A stretch of DNA of 64,000 nt from a virus: IMG/VR virus record IMGVR_UViG_3300032294_002612, positions 102,537-166,536 of that record; one strand, given 5' to 3'. Of the stretch, positions 19,220 to 29,302 are shown one piece after another. The translations under genes and the position numbers were made by a program. Below the pieces are notes generated by a model. That model did no database searches. It was not told where the DNA came from and saw nothing but the letters and a program-made list of their open reading frames with translations. Each line of letters opens with the position of its first letter. The stretch's first letter is position 1.

Positions 19220-19618
19220 ATGTCAAGTTTATTATTTATTTTACTCTGTTGTTTGGGTGCGTTAATTATACATTTATGGTTTTATTCTGACTTTTTTGCT
19301 TTTTATGTAAAAACATTTAAAAAATTGTTGCCATCTAAAATATACCAATGGCTTCTGATCGAAGAATATTTAAATAACGAAAATCCTAATTTAAATTTTG
19401 ATAGCTATATAGAATATTTGTTTGCAAGACGATGCTTTTCCGAATCATTTACTACTAAGTTTTTTCTAAAATTATTTTCGTGCATTATTTGTTTTACTAC
19501 TTGGGTTAGCATGCTAATTTCGTTATTATTAGGGAATGTATTATACATAGGTTTAGTGTTTATAGTTTTAAGAATTTTAGACTTTATTCTTAGATACGTT
19601 TTGAAAAAAGCAATATAA
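19220..19618 (+). CDS. Membrane protein (DUF1360-like CxxC..W)
   Basis: About 3 hydrophobic segments, KLFSCIICFTTW. Confidence 0.65.
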   Translation: MSSLLFILLCCLGALIIHLWFYSDFFAFYVKTFKKLLPSKIYQWLLIEEYLNNENPNLNFDSYIEYLFARRCFSESFTTKFFLKLFSCIICFTTWVSMLISLLLGNVLYIGLVFIVLRILDFILRYVLKKAI

Positions 19619-19619
19619 T
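19591..19619 (+). promoter_or_regulatory. sigma70-like promoter, leaderless
   Basis: TAGATA-17nt-TATAAT-5nt-ATG(19625). Confidence 0.5.
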
Positions 19620-19624
19620 CATTT

Positions 19625-20059
19625 ATGAAAAAATTAGATTTTTGCAAACCTACGAAATCTGTAACTGGAGCTTGGGTGACATTTGGATTAACCCAAGACC
19701 AAGAAGATCAAAAAAAGAATGGTTTTTACGTAAATATGATACGTCAAGCTGGCTGGAATGATGAAACTAAAAATGGTACTTTCAAAGATAATGTAAATAA
19801 TCCCGAAAAACATAAAAGAATTAAACTTAGCGAAAATGATATCGCTGAAATGTTTTTAGTATTAGATTCTAATGGTTTAAAAAAATGGTCCACAGTTCAC
19901 GCTGGAAAAACTCCAATTTTTGTAGAACCATTCGTTCGTGAAGAAAAACATGTTGGATATTTAATTAAACTCGGTGGGATTAGTATCGCATTAAATTTTG
20001 CAGAAACTCTTCGTCTTCAAGAATATTTAAAATTGACTTTACAACAAATGTATTTATAA
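19625..20059 (+). CDS. Hypothetical protein, possible Whirly/PC4-like ssDNA-binding fold
   Basis: Duplicated beta-beta-beta-alpha pattern (IKLSENDIAEM / IALNFAETLRL); fold call is inference. Confidence 0.45.
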   Translation: MKKLDFCKPTKSVTGAWVTFGLTQDQEDQKKNGFYVNMIRQAGWNDETKNGTFKDNVNNPEKHKRIKLSENDIAEMFLVLDSNGLKKWSTVHAGKTPIFVEPFVREEKHVGYLIKLGGISIALNFAETLRLQEYLKLTLQQMYL

Positions 20060-20060
20060 T
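20033..20060 (+). promoter_or_regulatory. sigma70-like promoter
   Basis: TTGACT-16nt-TATAAT-8nt-ATG(20069). Confidence 0.55.
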
Positions 20061-20068
20061 GCATTAAT

Positions 20069-21988
20069 ATGCGTAAAAAAAGAATTTTATTTTTGACAGA
20101 TTATGCTGGAGCCTTTACTGGGTTTGGTAAACAGTGCAAACTTCTTTTAACATATTTATATAAAACTGGTAAATATGAGATATTAAACGCTGCGCAAGGA
20201 GTTCCAAAACATGGGGCTCATAATATTAAATTTCCATGGAACACTATTGGTGTTTTACCAGACGATCCAAATAAAATTAATCAAATTAATCAAGACCCAA
20301 ATCTTGCAAGAATGGCCGCTTATGGATCATTAGAAATAAATAGTATTGTTAAAGATTTTAAACCTGATGTTGTTTTTTCTGTTAATGATACATGGGGATC
20401 ACAGTTTGTAATTGATACACCATTTTTTGAAAAAATTCCTACGGTTTGTTGGAACACATTTGACTCACTTCCTTTGCTTCCAGACACTATAGAAAAAGCT
20501 TCAAAAATTAAACATTATTGGACATGGAGCGATTTTGCTAGAAAAGAGTTGCACAAATATGGATTTGATCATGTAAAAAATCAGTATCCTTTAGTTAATA
20601 CTAATAATTTTTATAAATTACCAGATTCTAAAATTACTGAAATAAAAGCTCGTTTTGGTCTTCCACAGGATGCCTTTATTATAGGTTTTGTTTTTCGAAA
20701 CCAACTTAGAAAATTAATTAATACACAAATTGAAGCATACGCTTTATTTAAAAAGCACAATCCAGAAATTAAAAATACGTTTTTATATACTCATACCCAT
20801 TACGGAGAAGGTTGGGATATTCATCGTTTGTGTCAACAGTATGGAGTAGACCCTAGAGAAGTATTATGTACTTATGTTTGCAAAGAAACTCGTCAATATT
20901 TTATTGCACCATTTCATGGTCAAGATATTGAAAACCCTATAACTAAAAGAAAAACGCTAGTAACATCAAATGTTGGGTTAGGAGTTTCAGACGAACAGTT
21001 AAATGAAATCTATAATATATTTTCATTATATTCTCATCCAGCTACTTCTGGAGCCTGTGAACTTCCATGTGTAGAAGCGGCTCTAACTGAAAAAATAATT
21101 ACTACCGCTCCATACTCTTTTGGAGAAGATATTATTGAAAATAATAAAGGGAGTATTCCAATGAAATTTACTTTTTATACAGAACATGGAACTCAATTTT
21201 TAAAATCTCAGCCATCTGCGTATGAACTTTCTAAAATTTTTAAGAAAGTCTATGAAATGAAGCCAAGCACAAAAAGACAAATGGAAATAGATTCAAGAAA
21301 ATGGGCTTTAGAAAATTATGGCATAGAAGTTAATGGTAAAAAAATAGAAGAATTTATTGATAGCCAAATGCTCTTAGAAGAAAATATATTTAATTTTTCT
21401 GAAAATTCAAAAAACACGCCAAATCCAAGTGCAATAGTAGAAGACAATCCAGACGCAAAATTATGGGTTAAATCGCTTTATAAAAAAATATTAGATGTAG
21501 ATGTATCTGATCAAGATGATGGGTTATTACATTGGCTTCAAAAATTAGAACAAAAAGTTCCAAAAGAACAAATAGAAAATTATTTTAGAGACGTTGCTAA
21601 AAAAGATCTTGGTAAAAACACTACTATAAATTTTGAAGATTTATTAGATAAAAATGACGATGGTAAAAGAGCTTTGATCGTAATTCCAGAAAGTATTGGG
21701 GATGTCTTTATGATAACTAGTTTATTTGAGTCATTTAAAGAAACTTATCCTGACTATAATTTATACGTATCAACAAAACAAGAGTATTTTGATATTTTGA
21801 ATGGAAATCCATTTATTCATAAAATAATTCCATATATGCAACAAATGGAAAATCTATTATGGCTTGAGGGCGCTGGAGATCATAAAGGATTTTTTGAAAT
21901 AGCATTTTTACCACATATCGGGACGCAAAGAATTTTAAATTATTTACATAATGGTAAAGACATTATTCAATTTGATATAAAAAAATAA
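20069..21988 (+). CDS. GT4 glycosyltransferase + DUF4214-like helical domain + GT9 N-terminal half
   Basis: TGFG, RNQLRK, ELPCVEAA; SLYKKIL..D.DGLLHW; IPESIGDVF..TSL..KETYP..ILNGNPFI. Confidence 0.82.
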   Translation: MRKKRILFLTDYAGAFTGFGKQCKLLLTYLYKTGKYEILNAAQGVPKHGAHNIKFPWNTIGVLPDDPNKINQINQDPNLARMAAYGSLEINSIVKDFKPDVVFSVNDTWGSQFVIDTPFFEKIPTVCWNTFDSLPLLPDTIEKASKIKHYWTWSDFARKELHKYGFDHVKNQYPLVNTNNFYKLPDSKITEIKARFGLPQDAFIIGFVFRNQLRKLINTQIEAYALFKKHNPEIKNTFLYTHTHYGEGWDIHRLCQQYGVDPREVLCTYVCKETRQYFIAPFHGQDIENPITKRKTLVTSNVGLGVSDEQLNEIYNIFSLYSHPATSGACELPCVEAALTEKIITTAPYSFGEDIIENNKGSIPMKFTFYTEHGTQFLKSQPSAYELSKIFKKVYEMKPSTKRQMEIDSRKWALENYGIEVNGKKIEEFIDSQMLLEENIFNFSENSKNTPNPSAIVEDNPDAKLWVKSLYKKILDVDVSDQDDGLLHWLQKLEQKVPKEQIENYFRDVAKKDLGKNTTINFEDLLDKNDDGKRALIVIPESIGDVFMITSLFESFKETYPDYNLYVSTKQEYFDILNGNPFIHKIIPYMQQMENLLWLEGAGDHKGFFEIAFLPHIGTQRILNYLHNGKDIIQFDIKK

Positions 21989-21989
21989 T

Positions 21990-23195
21990 ATGCACATACT
22001 AGAACAATATGCTTTAAATTGTGGTTTAAAAATTAATAAGCCATATATCTATGAAAAATATTTTCCGTTACCTTTCGAAAAATATATAACTTTCAATCCT
22101 TTTGGTAAGTTTAATTCTAGAAAATACTCTTACTGGCAAGAAGTAATTGATTTGATAAAGCCAATTCTTAATAAAGAAAATATTCATATTGTACAAATTG
22201 GTGGTCAAAATGAAATTGGTTATAATAATTGTACCCATTTAATGGGTCAAACAAATTTTAACCAAACAGCTTATATTATAAATAACTCGCTTTTACATTT
22301 TGGGGTAGATAGTTTTCCTGTTCATGTAGCGTCATATTTTGATAAAAAAATTGTGGCTTTATACTCTAATATGTATTTGTCACAATCAAAACCATATTGG
22401 TCTAATCATGAAAATATTGAATTAATTCAAGCTGATTTAAAAAATAAAAAACCTTCTTATTCAGCCGAAGAAAATCCCAAAATAATAAATAATATAAAAC
22501 CAGAAGAAATAGTTAAAAAAATATTAAAATTATTAAATATTAATCATGATTTTGAGCATGAGACTATTTTTACTGGCTCTAGATACGAACATTACATACT
22601 CGAATCTATTCCATCTATTATTCTTCCACCAGAAGTATTGCCAGGAACGTTATTAAATATTCGTTTTGATTATATTGAACAAATTGAAGAAAAGGATTAC
22701 GTTTGTACTTTAAATAATTTAAACAATAGAAATTGTGCAATTATTACAGATAAACCAATTCAAATTGAACATTTATTACAATTAAAAGATAAAATTACTG
22801 GTATAATGTACGATATTACTTTTAAAAACATAGATTTTGATTTTGTCAATAAAGTTAAATTTCATGGGGTTAAAATTGATTTTATTTTTAATAAGTCAAA
22901 AAATAAAGATGAAACGATATTAAATAATAAAAAATTAGAACTTATTGATTATCCAGAACTAATTAATATTATTGAGAATCAAGAAAAGCCAAAAGAAGAA
23001 ATTAAACAAAGTAATTTTTATAAAAGTAAAAAACTATTATTTGCAAATAACAAAACATATTTAAGTTTTGTAGCTTATCTAGAGGACAAGCCAGTTCATT
23101 TAGATAAACTAGATGTTAATCAAAAAATATCAGATATAAATAATATTAATCTATTGATAGAAGAAGATGGGGATTATTGTTTATTTTATAAATAA
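21990..23195 (+). CDS. GT9 C-terminal half plus unknown C-terminal domain
   Basis: RKYSYWQEV, VQIGG, GQTNFNQTAYII, HFGVDSFPVHVAS..K.IVALY. Confidence 0.78.
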   Translation: MHILEQYALNCGLKINKPYIYEKYFPLPFEKYITFNPFGKFNSRKYSYWQEVIDLIKPILNKENIHIVQIGGQNEIGYNNCTHLMGQTNFNQTAYIINNSLLHFGVDSFPVHVASYFDKKIVALYSNMYLSQSKPYWSNHENIELIQADLKNKKPSYSAEENPKIINNIKPEEIVKKILKLLNINHDFEHETIFTGSRYEHYILESIPSIILPPEVLPGTLLNIRFDYIEQIEEKDYVCTLNNLNNRNCAIITDKPIQIEHLLQLKDKITGIMYDITFKNIDFDFVNKVKFHGVKIDFIFNKSKNKDETILNNKKLELIDYPELINIIENQEKPKEEIKQSNFYKSKKLLFANNKTYLSFVAYLEDKPVHLDKLDVNQKISDINNINLLIEEDGDYCLFYK

Positions 23196-23198
23196 AAT

Positions 23199-23227
23199 TT
23201 GACACTCTAATCAAATAATGTGATACT
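23199..23227 (+). promoter_or_regulatory. sigma70-like promoter with extended -10, leaderless
   Basis: TTGACA-17nt-GATACT, with TG at the extended position, 6 nt before ATG(23234). Confidence 0.65.
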
Positions 23228-23233
23228 AAAAAT

Positions 23234-23986
23234 ATGTCAGACAAAATAGTATATCGTTATAAAGATACTGTAAATAAATTTAAAAGAGATGTTAATGGTC
23301 TTTTAGAATGTATTGATTATACTTTTAACGAAGACAATACAATTAATTGGAGGTCAATGATTAATAAAGAATACCTTGTTCCGAATCGTGACTCTTTTAA
23401 ATATCAAAAAAATATAAATCTTAAAGAAATTGATGTAACTTCTTTACCAGATAATCAATTACTTATTCTTTTGGCTGGTATCAAAGAACTGGCACAAATT
23501 CGCGGATATACCAATGTAAATTACGAAATAATCCAAGCCCAACCAGACTATGTAGCTGTAAAATGTACAATTAATTGGATTGCTAATTATGAAACTAGTG
23601 GTAAAGAAGTATCCTTCTCAGCCCTCGCTGAGGCACATCTAGATAATACAAAAGATTTTGCAAAAAACTTTTTGATGGCTATCGCTGAAAATCGTGCATT
23701 TATTCGTACGGTTCGTAGTTTTCTTAAAATTAATATTGTTGGTAATGATGAAATGGGAAAAACTACGCATGTCGATTCTGAAATTGAACCAAATACTTTA
23801 ACAACTCAACCAATCGCATTGTTACAAAAAACAATGGAAGAATATAATATTTCTTTTGAGCAAATTAAAGAACGTGCCGTCCAAAAGAAAATGAGTGGAT
23901 CCGAAACTTGGAATCGTTTAAATGATATTCCGCCCCTATCAATGTTCACTATTATTAGTGGAATTAAAAACAAAAATAAAAAATAA
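23234..23986 (+). CDS. Rad52/Sak-like ssDNA annealing protein (putative)
   Basis: ILLAGIKELA..RG, VAVKCTI, MAIAENRAF.R.VR..L.I. Confidence 0.55.
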   Translation: MSDKIVYRYKDTVNKFKRDVNGLLECIDYTFNEDNTINWRSMINKEYLVPNRDSFKYQKNINLKEIDVTSLPDNQLLILLAGIKELAQIRGYTNVNYEIIQAQPDYVAVKCTINWIANYETSGKEVSFSALAEAHLDNTKDFAKNFLMAIAENRAFIRTVRSFLKINIVGNDEMGKTTHVDSEIEPNTLTTQPIALLQKTMEEYNISFEQIKERAVQKKMSGSETWNRLNDIPPLSMFTIISGIKNKNKK

Positions 23987-23987
23987 T

Positions 23988-24890
23988 TTACTTTGTTTTT
24001 TCTTTATTGTATACACCGTTTAACCCGTCTCCACATTCTTCTTTACATTTCTCAAACCTCTCATTATCAAAGCCATCATAAAAAAATCTATCACAACATC
24101 TATTTCCAGGTTTGATAGATCCATTAACAAAAGCTATTGGAGGAATAATTCTATCTGGAGAAAAATCTATACTTCCATAGATCGGGATATTATAAGACAT
24201 AAGCCCTATAGAACCTAAAACGGTTAATCCGCCTGAAAATGCTCTTAATGGGTTAGAAGTAAATGACGCCTCTCCCCGAGCTGCTAAAAATATAATTTTA
24301 GGCCAATATTTTTTTTGATAATATATTATATCAGAAAAATCAATAGATAGAAATGCGCCAGATTTTGTTATTTTATGTAATGGCCCTGGTACGCATAGAG
24401 AAGCCTCATTTGGTTTTATATCAACGCTAATTAATGGATTATTTTTTGCACTGGGGTCTCTTTGTAGTTCTTCTAAATTTGGACTAATATCATCTAATTT
24501 ATTATTTCTAACTCCCTCAAATGGAATTGAGGTTGTGGGAATTTTTCTAGTATATTTTTCATACCTACGCAAAATTTTTGTATTACCTGTTAAAGTAATT
24601 GAAGAGTCTCCTTGTGCAAAATTTTGATTAACAGCCGCTAAACCAGCTGTAGCCCCAATAATACCGCCACTTGTTCCGCCAGTTCTTATAAAAGTTGTTA
24701 ATGGGTCTTTTTGAGCTATAACTTGTATAGAAATATTAACTTGGAAGCTACGTACCGTCCAATACATCTTTATTAAGTCGGTATAAAGAATTCCTACCGG
24801 ACGATCTCTAAAACGCCCTTTTTCTAATAATAAATCTGGATTAAAAGGTATATGGCCAAGAAAATTTATATTATGAAATTTTTTAGACAT
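23988..24890 (-). CDS. Hypothetical protein (end of the virion gene cluster)
   Basis: 300 aa, Cys cluster at the C-terminus. Confidence 0.65.
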   Translation of the reverse strand: MSKKFHNINFLGHIPFNPDLLLEKGRFRDRPVGILYTDLIKMYWTVRSFQVNISIQVIAQKDPLTTFIRTGGTSGGIIGATAGLAAVNQNFAQGDSSITLTGNTKILRRYEKYTRKIPTTSIPFEGVRNNKLDDISPNLEELQRDPSAKNNPLISVDIKPNEASLCVPGPLHKITKSGAFLSIDFSDIIYYQKKYWPKIIFLAARGEASFTSNPLRAFSGGLTVLGSIGLMSYNIPIYGSIDFSPDRIIPPIAFVNGSIKPGNRCCDRFFYDGFDNERFEKCKEECGDGLNGVYNKEKTK

Positions 24891-24892
24891 TA

Positions 24893-25531
24893 CTATATAA
24901 TTGGTTCGCTTTTTATAGCTTTAACATGCTTATCAGCATTAAAATATGGTACTGGAAAAACAGCTGGAATCCCACTTAACATTGAAGCCAGTAAAATAAT
25001 ATTATCATTCAATATTTGAACTGGTTGACGATTACCTACGTAAGAACCACTGACAGGTAAAGAATTTGAGCCGTTTTTTGTTGTATCGTCTTGTCTATAA
25101 CCAATTAAAACATAACATTTAATTTGTCTTTTTCCCTCGGCTAATAATATAACTTTTCCATTTGCATCAAATTGATCCTCGGGCTGAACATAAAACATGT
25201 TTGGATATGAAACCCATTCACTTGGATTACTTTTATCCCCAATTGTTGCTTCTGGGCCAGTTTTAGAGCATTTAATTTCCGCTTTTTCTACTTGAAGATT
25301 CGGCGTAATTGTAAAATCAATATAAAATTTTTCATTTTCTTTAAAAGGAAATGGCGTATTCAGTTTTTCTATTGGGATATAAGATCCGGTACCATATGAA
25401 AAAGTTGAAAAACAATAACCATCACTAACCACATACCCACTAACGGCGCCGCCCACCGATTCTTTAATTTGAAACGGCGGTGTAGTAGTACGGTCAACTG
25501 GACTTAGCATTCTAGAAAAAATTGTTTCCAT
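24893..25531 (-). CDS. Hypothetical virion-associated protein
   Basis: 212 aa, position in the late operon, SG/TG motifs. Confidence 0.6.
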   Translation of the reverse strand: METIFSRMLSPVDRTTTPPFQIKESVGGAVSGYVVSDGYCFSTFSYGTGSYIPIEKLNTPFPFKENEKFYIDFTITPNLQVEKAEIKCSKTGPEATIGDKSNPSEWVSYPNMFYVQPEDQFDANGKVILLAEGKRQIKCYVLIGYRQDDTTKNGSNSLPVSGSYVGNRQPVQILNDNIILLASMLSGIPAVFPVPYFNADKHVKAIKSEPII

Positions 25532-25537
25532 AATTAA

Positions 25538-28500
25538 TTATAAATTTTTAATACCAGTTATTCTAAAATTATAAGTACCTGTATTAGTAGGACTTCCAGT
25601 TGGAAATAATAAATTATAATTTAAATCTTTAATTTTTATATTGGCAACATCAAGAATATCATTTTCATCTGTATTTAATTGATTACTATATTGAACTAAT
25701 ATTTGTAATAAATTTGTTTGATCTGGAAAATTGCCAGTATTGAAATATCTACCATTTCCACTTAATAAATTATTTCCCAAGAAAGAAATAAAATCCAAGT
25801 CTTGTCCAGTTTGCAATCCCCATACACCAGTAAATGTTCTGACACCCGTAAATGTAGGCACGTTGCCAGTAATAGAACCAGAAGCTTTTTCATAATAAAA
25901 TCCTGTAGCAATACCAAAACCATTAGCCGTACCAGAAAAAATTGTTGTTGGGTATAAACGTGGATAAAAAGTTTTACCACCTGTTAAAGAATTTGAACTA
26001 AAAATAATACCGCTACCGTTACCCGTAATAATTATGTTATTGCCTTCGCTACCAAGACTAAAATCGTTTGCAATTAATAATATTCCAGTATTATTTAGTT
26101 TAATTCCAGTGCAATTAAATAGATTTGGTGAATTATTAATAATAGTAATTAACGAATCAGTATTATAAAAATAATCTGGAGCAAAATAAACACCAGTATT
26201 CGTATGATAATTAATACTTGTACTGTTTATTGCCAATAAATCAAAATTTTGAATTCTATTATAGTTTATAAAAATAGTTCCACTTGCTTGTTTATAACCC
26301 GTTGGAAATGGATAAAATGGGTAATTGTCTTCGTTAACATATACACCACTACCAGTAACCCCAGTACTAAAAATAAAATAGCCACTATTAGAAATTCCAC
26401 TTATATACCCACTTAATATAAATAATCCGGTAACATTATTTTCTATATAGTTAATTCCAGTTAAAAGCCCCGTAAACAATCCACCAGAAATGAACTCTGA
26501 ATATTGTGGTGGTATATTTAGTCTTCCACCAAGGAGTAATTCTTGATTTATAATAAAATCTTTAATTGCAATTACGCTACCAGAAAGAATTCCGCTACCC
26601 GTAAATAAACCCGAAAAATCTTTCCTAAAAGAAACTTCTTGTGTTGATGGATTATAAAAATAACGATTTCCAAACGTATGATTAATAAAACCAGTTCCTG
26701 TAAAAAAACCATTTACTAAACCAGTTAAGTCTCCAACTATTCTGCCAGAAGAATTTACAAAAGAAATATTTCTTTCTAGACTTGTTGGAGTATAAGTCTG
26801 TATTTGATTAAAAGCTTTATATACTCCTTTTTGATCTTCACTACTTAAAACATAATTAAAATTTGTATCAAAATTTTTAGCAACTATATCTTGAACATCA
26901 ACAGTATAATTTGCACCAATTAGACATTTCGCATCTCCAGTTAAAACTGGAATGTTAGCAGATTTTAAAGAAAATAAATTAATTGTAGATATATAAATAT
27001 CATTAGTTGGTTTAATAAAAAGAACTTCGGGCCCAACCTTTAAACCAGAAAAATCTCTTAATACTACTCTATATCCTGAAAAGTTAACACTTTCATGCTT
27101 ATAATCTGGAGCAGTTAGGCATGTAAGATATTGTCCACTTGGATTTAATACCCAACCAGTTCTAGCAATATATAATTTTGCTTCTATGGGTTTAATACCA
27201 CTTTCAACTTTTTCTTCTTCTTCTTCTTCTTTTTCTTTTTCGCCAGATATTTTTGGTTCTTTACAGGGATTGAACCCCTCTGGCCAACCTGTTGGCTGAA
27301 CAACAAAAATATTTTGAATTCCTGTAATTTGAGCGCAAAATGGTGGTCCTTGTGATTTATTTGTTTTCTTAAATTGATTTAAAGTTTTAAATCCACCACT
27401 TAAAAAAACCTCTTCAAAATCTTCGGTTGTTTCTTCTTGAACACCAGTTTCTGCATAAATAACATCTTGATTTAATAAAATTTTATCAGATACAATAACG
27501 TCTAGTGTTTTTTTATCTATAATACCAGTTAAATCATGATAAATTCCACTATGTCTATCCAAAATCATCCATTGGGAGCCAGTTAAACCCTGAAGCTCAA
27601 TAACATTTGGAATTAGATATGAAAGACCTTTTCGAACATGATCTTTCTCTAAATTTCTCACATATTCATCCCTATTTACTAAACTTAGTTTATAACTAAA
27701 ACCACTGGCATTATTTCTTAATGATTTAAATTTAATAACATTGTTATAATTTTGATCTCCAGTTGGTATAGAAAGATCTTTTTCAAAAAATACTAAAGAA
27801 CCAGTTTTATAAATCCCTTGAGATTGTCCAGATAAACATAAATATGGATACCATAATTGTATAGATTTATTTTCGTAAAGACGATTATTTAAAACATTGA
27901 CTAAATCATCTATACCAGTAAAATCATTTGGAAATGTTAATTTAAAACCAGTTGACGGATAAATAGGATTATTTCCTAAATGATATTCTTTATATAAGCC
28001 TGTGTAATTATATGGATATAATTGAAATTCTAAAGAATCTCCAGTAAAAAAACTATTATAAAACAAATTTCCGGTTTGATAATAGAATAAATTTTCAATT
28101 GTAACGCCACTAGAAATAGTTAAATTTGAAGCAGCGTCAAATATAACTCCTTCCGGATCTTTTTTACCACTATATTTTTCAATAACTCCAGATAAAAATA
28201 ATTTATACTCTATTCCGGTAGTATTATTACCAGTCCAACATTCAGTGGCATCTTCTGGCAATTGTCCTGGATCTGGACAGTCTTCCCTATTAAAACAAAA
28301 TCCAATATAATCACGAAATGAAGATTCTAACCCGGTACTCAAAATTGGAAAAGCTAATTTTTTTAAATATTCAAATGGGCTTACTTCTGTGCCGCCAATA
28401 AGAAGCATACCCTTTTTTGTTTCTAATTTACCAACAACGTCAATTGCATATGAAAATACATTTCTAGTATTATTTACCATCCCAGTAAAAGTATTGTAAG

Positions 28501-29260
28501 ATGCCCATGCTTTTTTTTGCAATGGATTCTTTACATCTACATCTGGCGGAGAATCTGATAAAGATTGTATCAAAATTTTTTGTTTGACTAGGGACCCACT
28601 TAAAAAAGATTCTTTCGTTCCATAATTAATATTATATAAATTTAAATTTTCTATTTCTGATTTTTCTAATGGTGTTCCACCGAAATCTTTTAAAACGATT
28701 CCCGCATCTGCTCCTGAAAATCCTGTAAAATTATATTTTGAAAAGTCTCCAAAATATTCTGTCCAGCTATTACCACTTTTATAAAATCTTTTATTTTTAT
28801 CTATATTTAAAAATGTATCTGATGGATATATATATATGCCACTTCCAGTTCCCAATGTTGCTCCCAAACTTACTGCTGCAATTTCTTTTAAAGTTTGATT
28901 CTGTCCTCCGAAAGTACCCAAATAAATTTTATTTTGAAAGTCGCTTCCAGACACAAGTGGAGAAGATCCACTTCCAGAAAAAGTTGAAAATAAAGATATT
29001 TTTGATATTCCAGCGTTATTTGAATAATTTACTCCCCCATTGTGTAATAATTGAAAATCAATTCGTAATGATTTTGGACTTTCGGGCGGCGTTGGTTGTG
29101 ATGGTATTCCGGAAGGTATAATTAAAATAGCGGTATTAAAAGTAGGTCCAGCCTGTATACCACTAAATAACAATCCTGTAATTTCATTGGGTATCGAGTC
29201 AGAGCCGGAAACACCAATTCCGCCCCATCCATATAAATACCCTGTACCTTGATTTACCAT
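25538..29260 (-). CDS. Large tail/virion structural protein, [ST]G-rich
   Basis: 1240 aa, RCC1-like N-terminal blade (YGWG..IQAG), dense TG/SG motifs. Confidence 0.7.
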   Translation of the reverse strand: MVNQGTGYLYGWGGIGVSGSDSIPNEITGLLFSGIQAGPTFNTAILIIPSGIPSQPTPPESPKSLRIDFQLLHNGGVNYSNNAGISKISLFSTFSGSGSSPLVSGSDFQNKIYLGTFGGQNQTLKEIAAVSLGATLGTGSGIYIYPSDTFLNIDKNKRFYKSGNSWTEYFGDFSKYNFTGFSGADAGIVLKDFGGTPLEKSEIENLNLYNINYGTKESFLSGSLVKQKILIQSLSDSPPDVDVKNPLQKKAWASYNTFTGMVNNTRNVFSYAIDVVGKLETKKGMLLIGGTEVSPFEYLKKLAFPILSTGLESSFRDYIGFCFNREDCPDPGQLPEDATECWTGNNTTGIEYKLFLSGVIEKYSGKKDPEGVIFDAASNLTISSGVTIENLFYYQTGNLFYNSFFTGDSLEFQLYPYNYTGLYKEYHLGNNPIYPSTGFKLTFPNDFTGIDDLVNVLNNRLYENKSIQLWYPYLCLSGQSQGIYKTGSLVFFEKDLSIPTGDQNYNNVIKFKSLRNNASGFSYKLSLVNRDEYVRNLEKDHVRKGLSYLIPNVIELQGLTGSQWMILDRHSGIYHDLTGIIDKKTLDVIVSDKILLNQDVIYAETGVQEETTEDFEEVFLSGGFKTLNQFKKTNKSQGPPFCAQITGIQNIFVVQPTGWPEGFNPCKEPKISGEKEKEEEEEEKVESGIKPIEAKLYIARTGWVLNPSGQYLTCLTAPDYKHESVNFSGYRVVLRDFSGLKVGPEVLFIKPTNDIYISTINLFSLKSANIPVLTGDAKCLIGANYTVDVQDIVAKNFDTNFNYVLSSEDQKGVYKAFNQIQTYTPTSLERNISFVNSSGRIVGDLTGLVNGFFTGTGFINHTFGNRYFYNPSTQEVSFRKDFSGLFTGSGILSGSVIAIKDFIINQELLLGGRLNIPPQYSEFISGGLFTGLLTGINYIENNVTGLFILSGYISGISNSGYFIFSTGVTGSGVYVNEDNYPFYPFPTGYKQASGTIFINYNRIQNFDLLAINSTSINYHTNTGVYFAPDYFYNTDSLITIINNSPNLFNCTGIKLNNTGILLIANDFSLGSEGNNIIITGNGSGIIFSSNSLTGGKTFYPRLYPTTIFSGTANGFGIATGFYYEKASGSITGNVPTFTGVRTFTGVWGLQTGQDLDFISFLGNNLLSGNGRYFNTGNFPDQTNLLQILVQYSNQLNTDENDILDVANIKIKDLNYNLLFPTGSPTNTGTYNFRITGIKNL

Positions 29261-29274
29261 ATAATAATAAATAA

Positions 29275-29280
29275 TTACAC
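29275..29280 (-). promoter_or_regulatory. GTGTAA putative late promoter
   Basis: 14 nt upstream of ATG(29260). Confidence 0.55.
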
Positions 29281-29302
29281 TTATTACTCTTAATTTTAAT
29301 AA

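Noticed and set aside
23986-23988. Terminator at the convergent junction
   Set aside because: Stop codons are 1 nt apart and no hairpin is visible
27208-27241. TTC microsatellite
   Set aside because: Encodes a short Glu/Lys linker (EKEKEEEEEEK); ordinary low-complexity sequence
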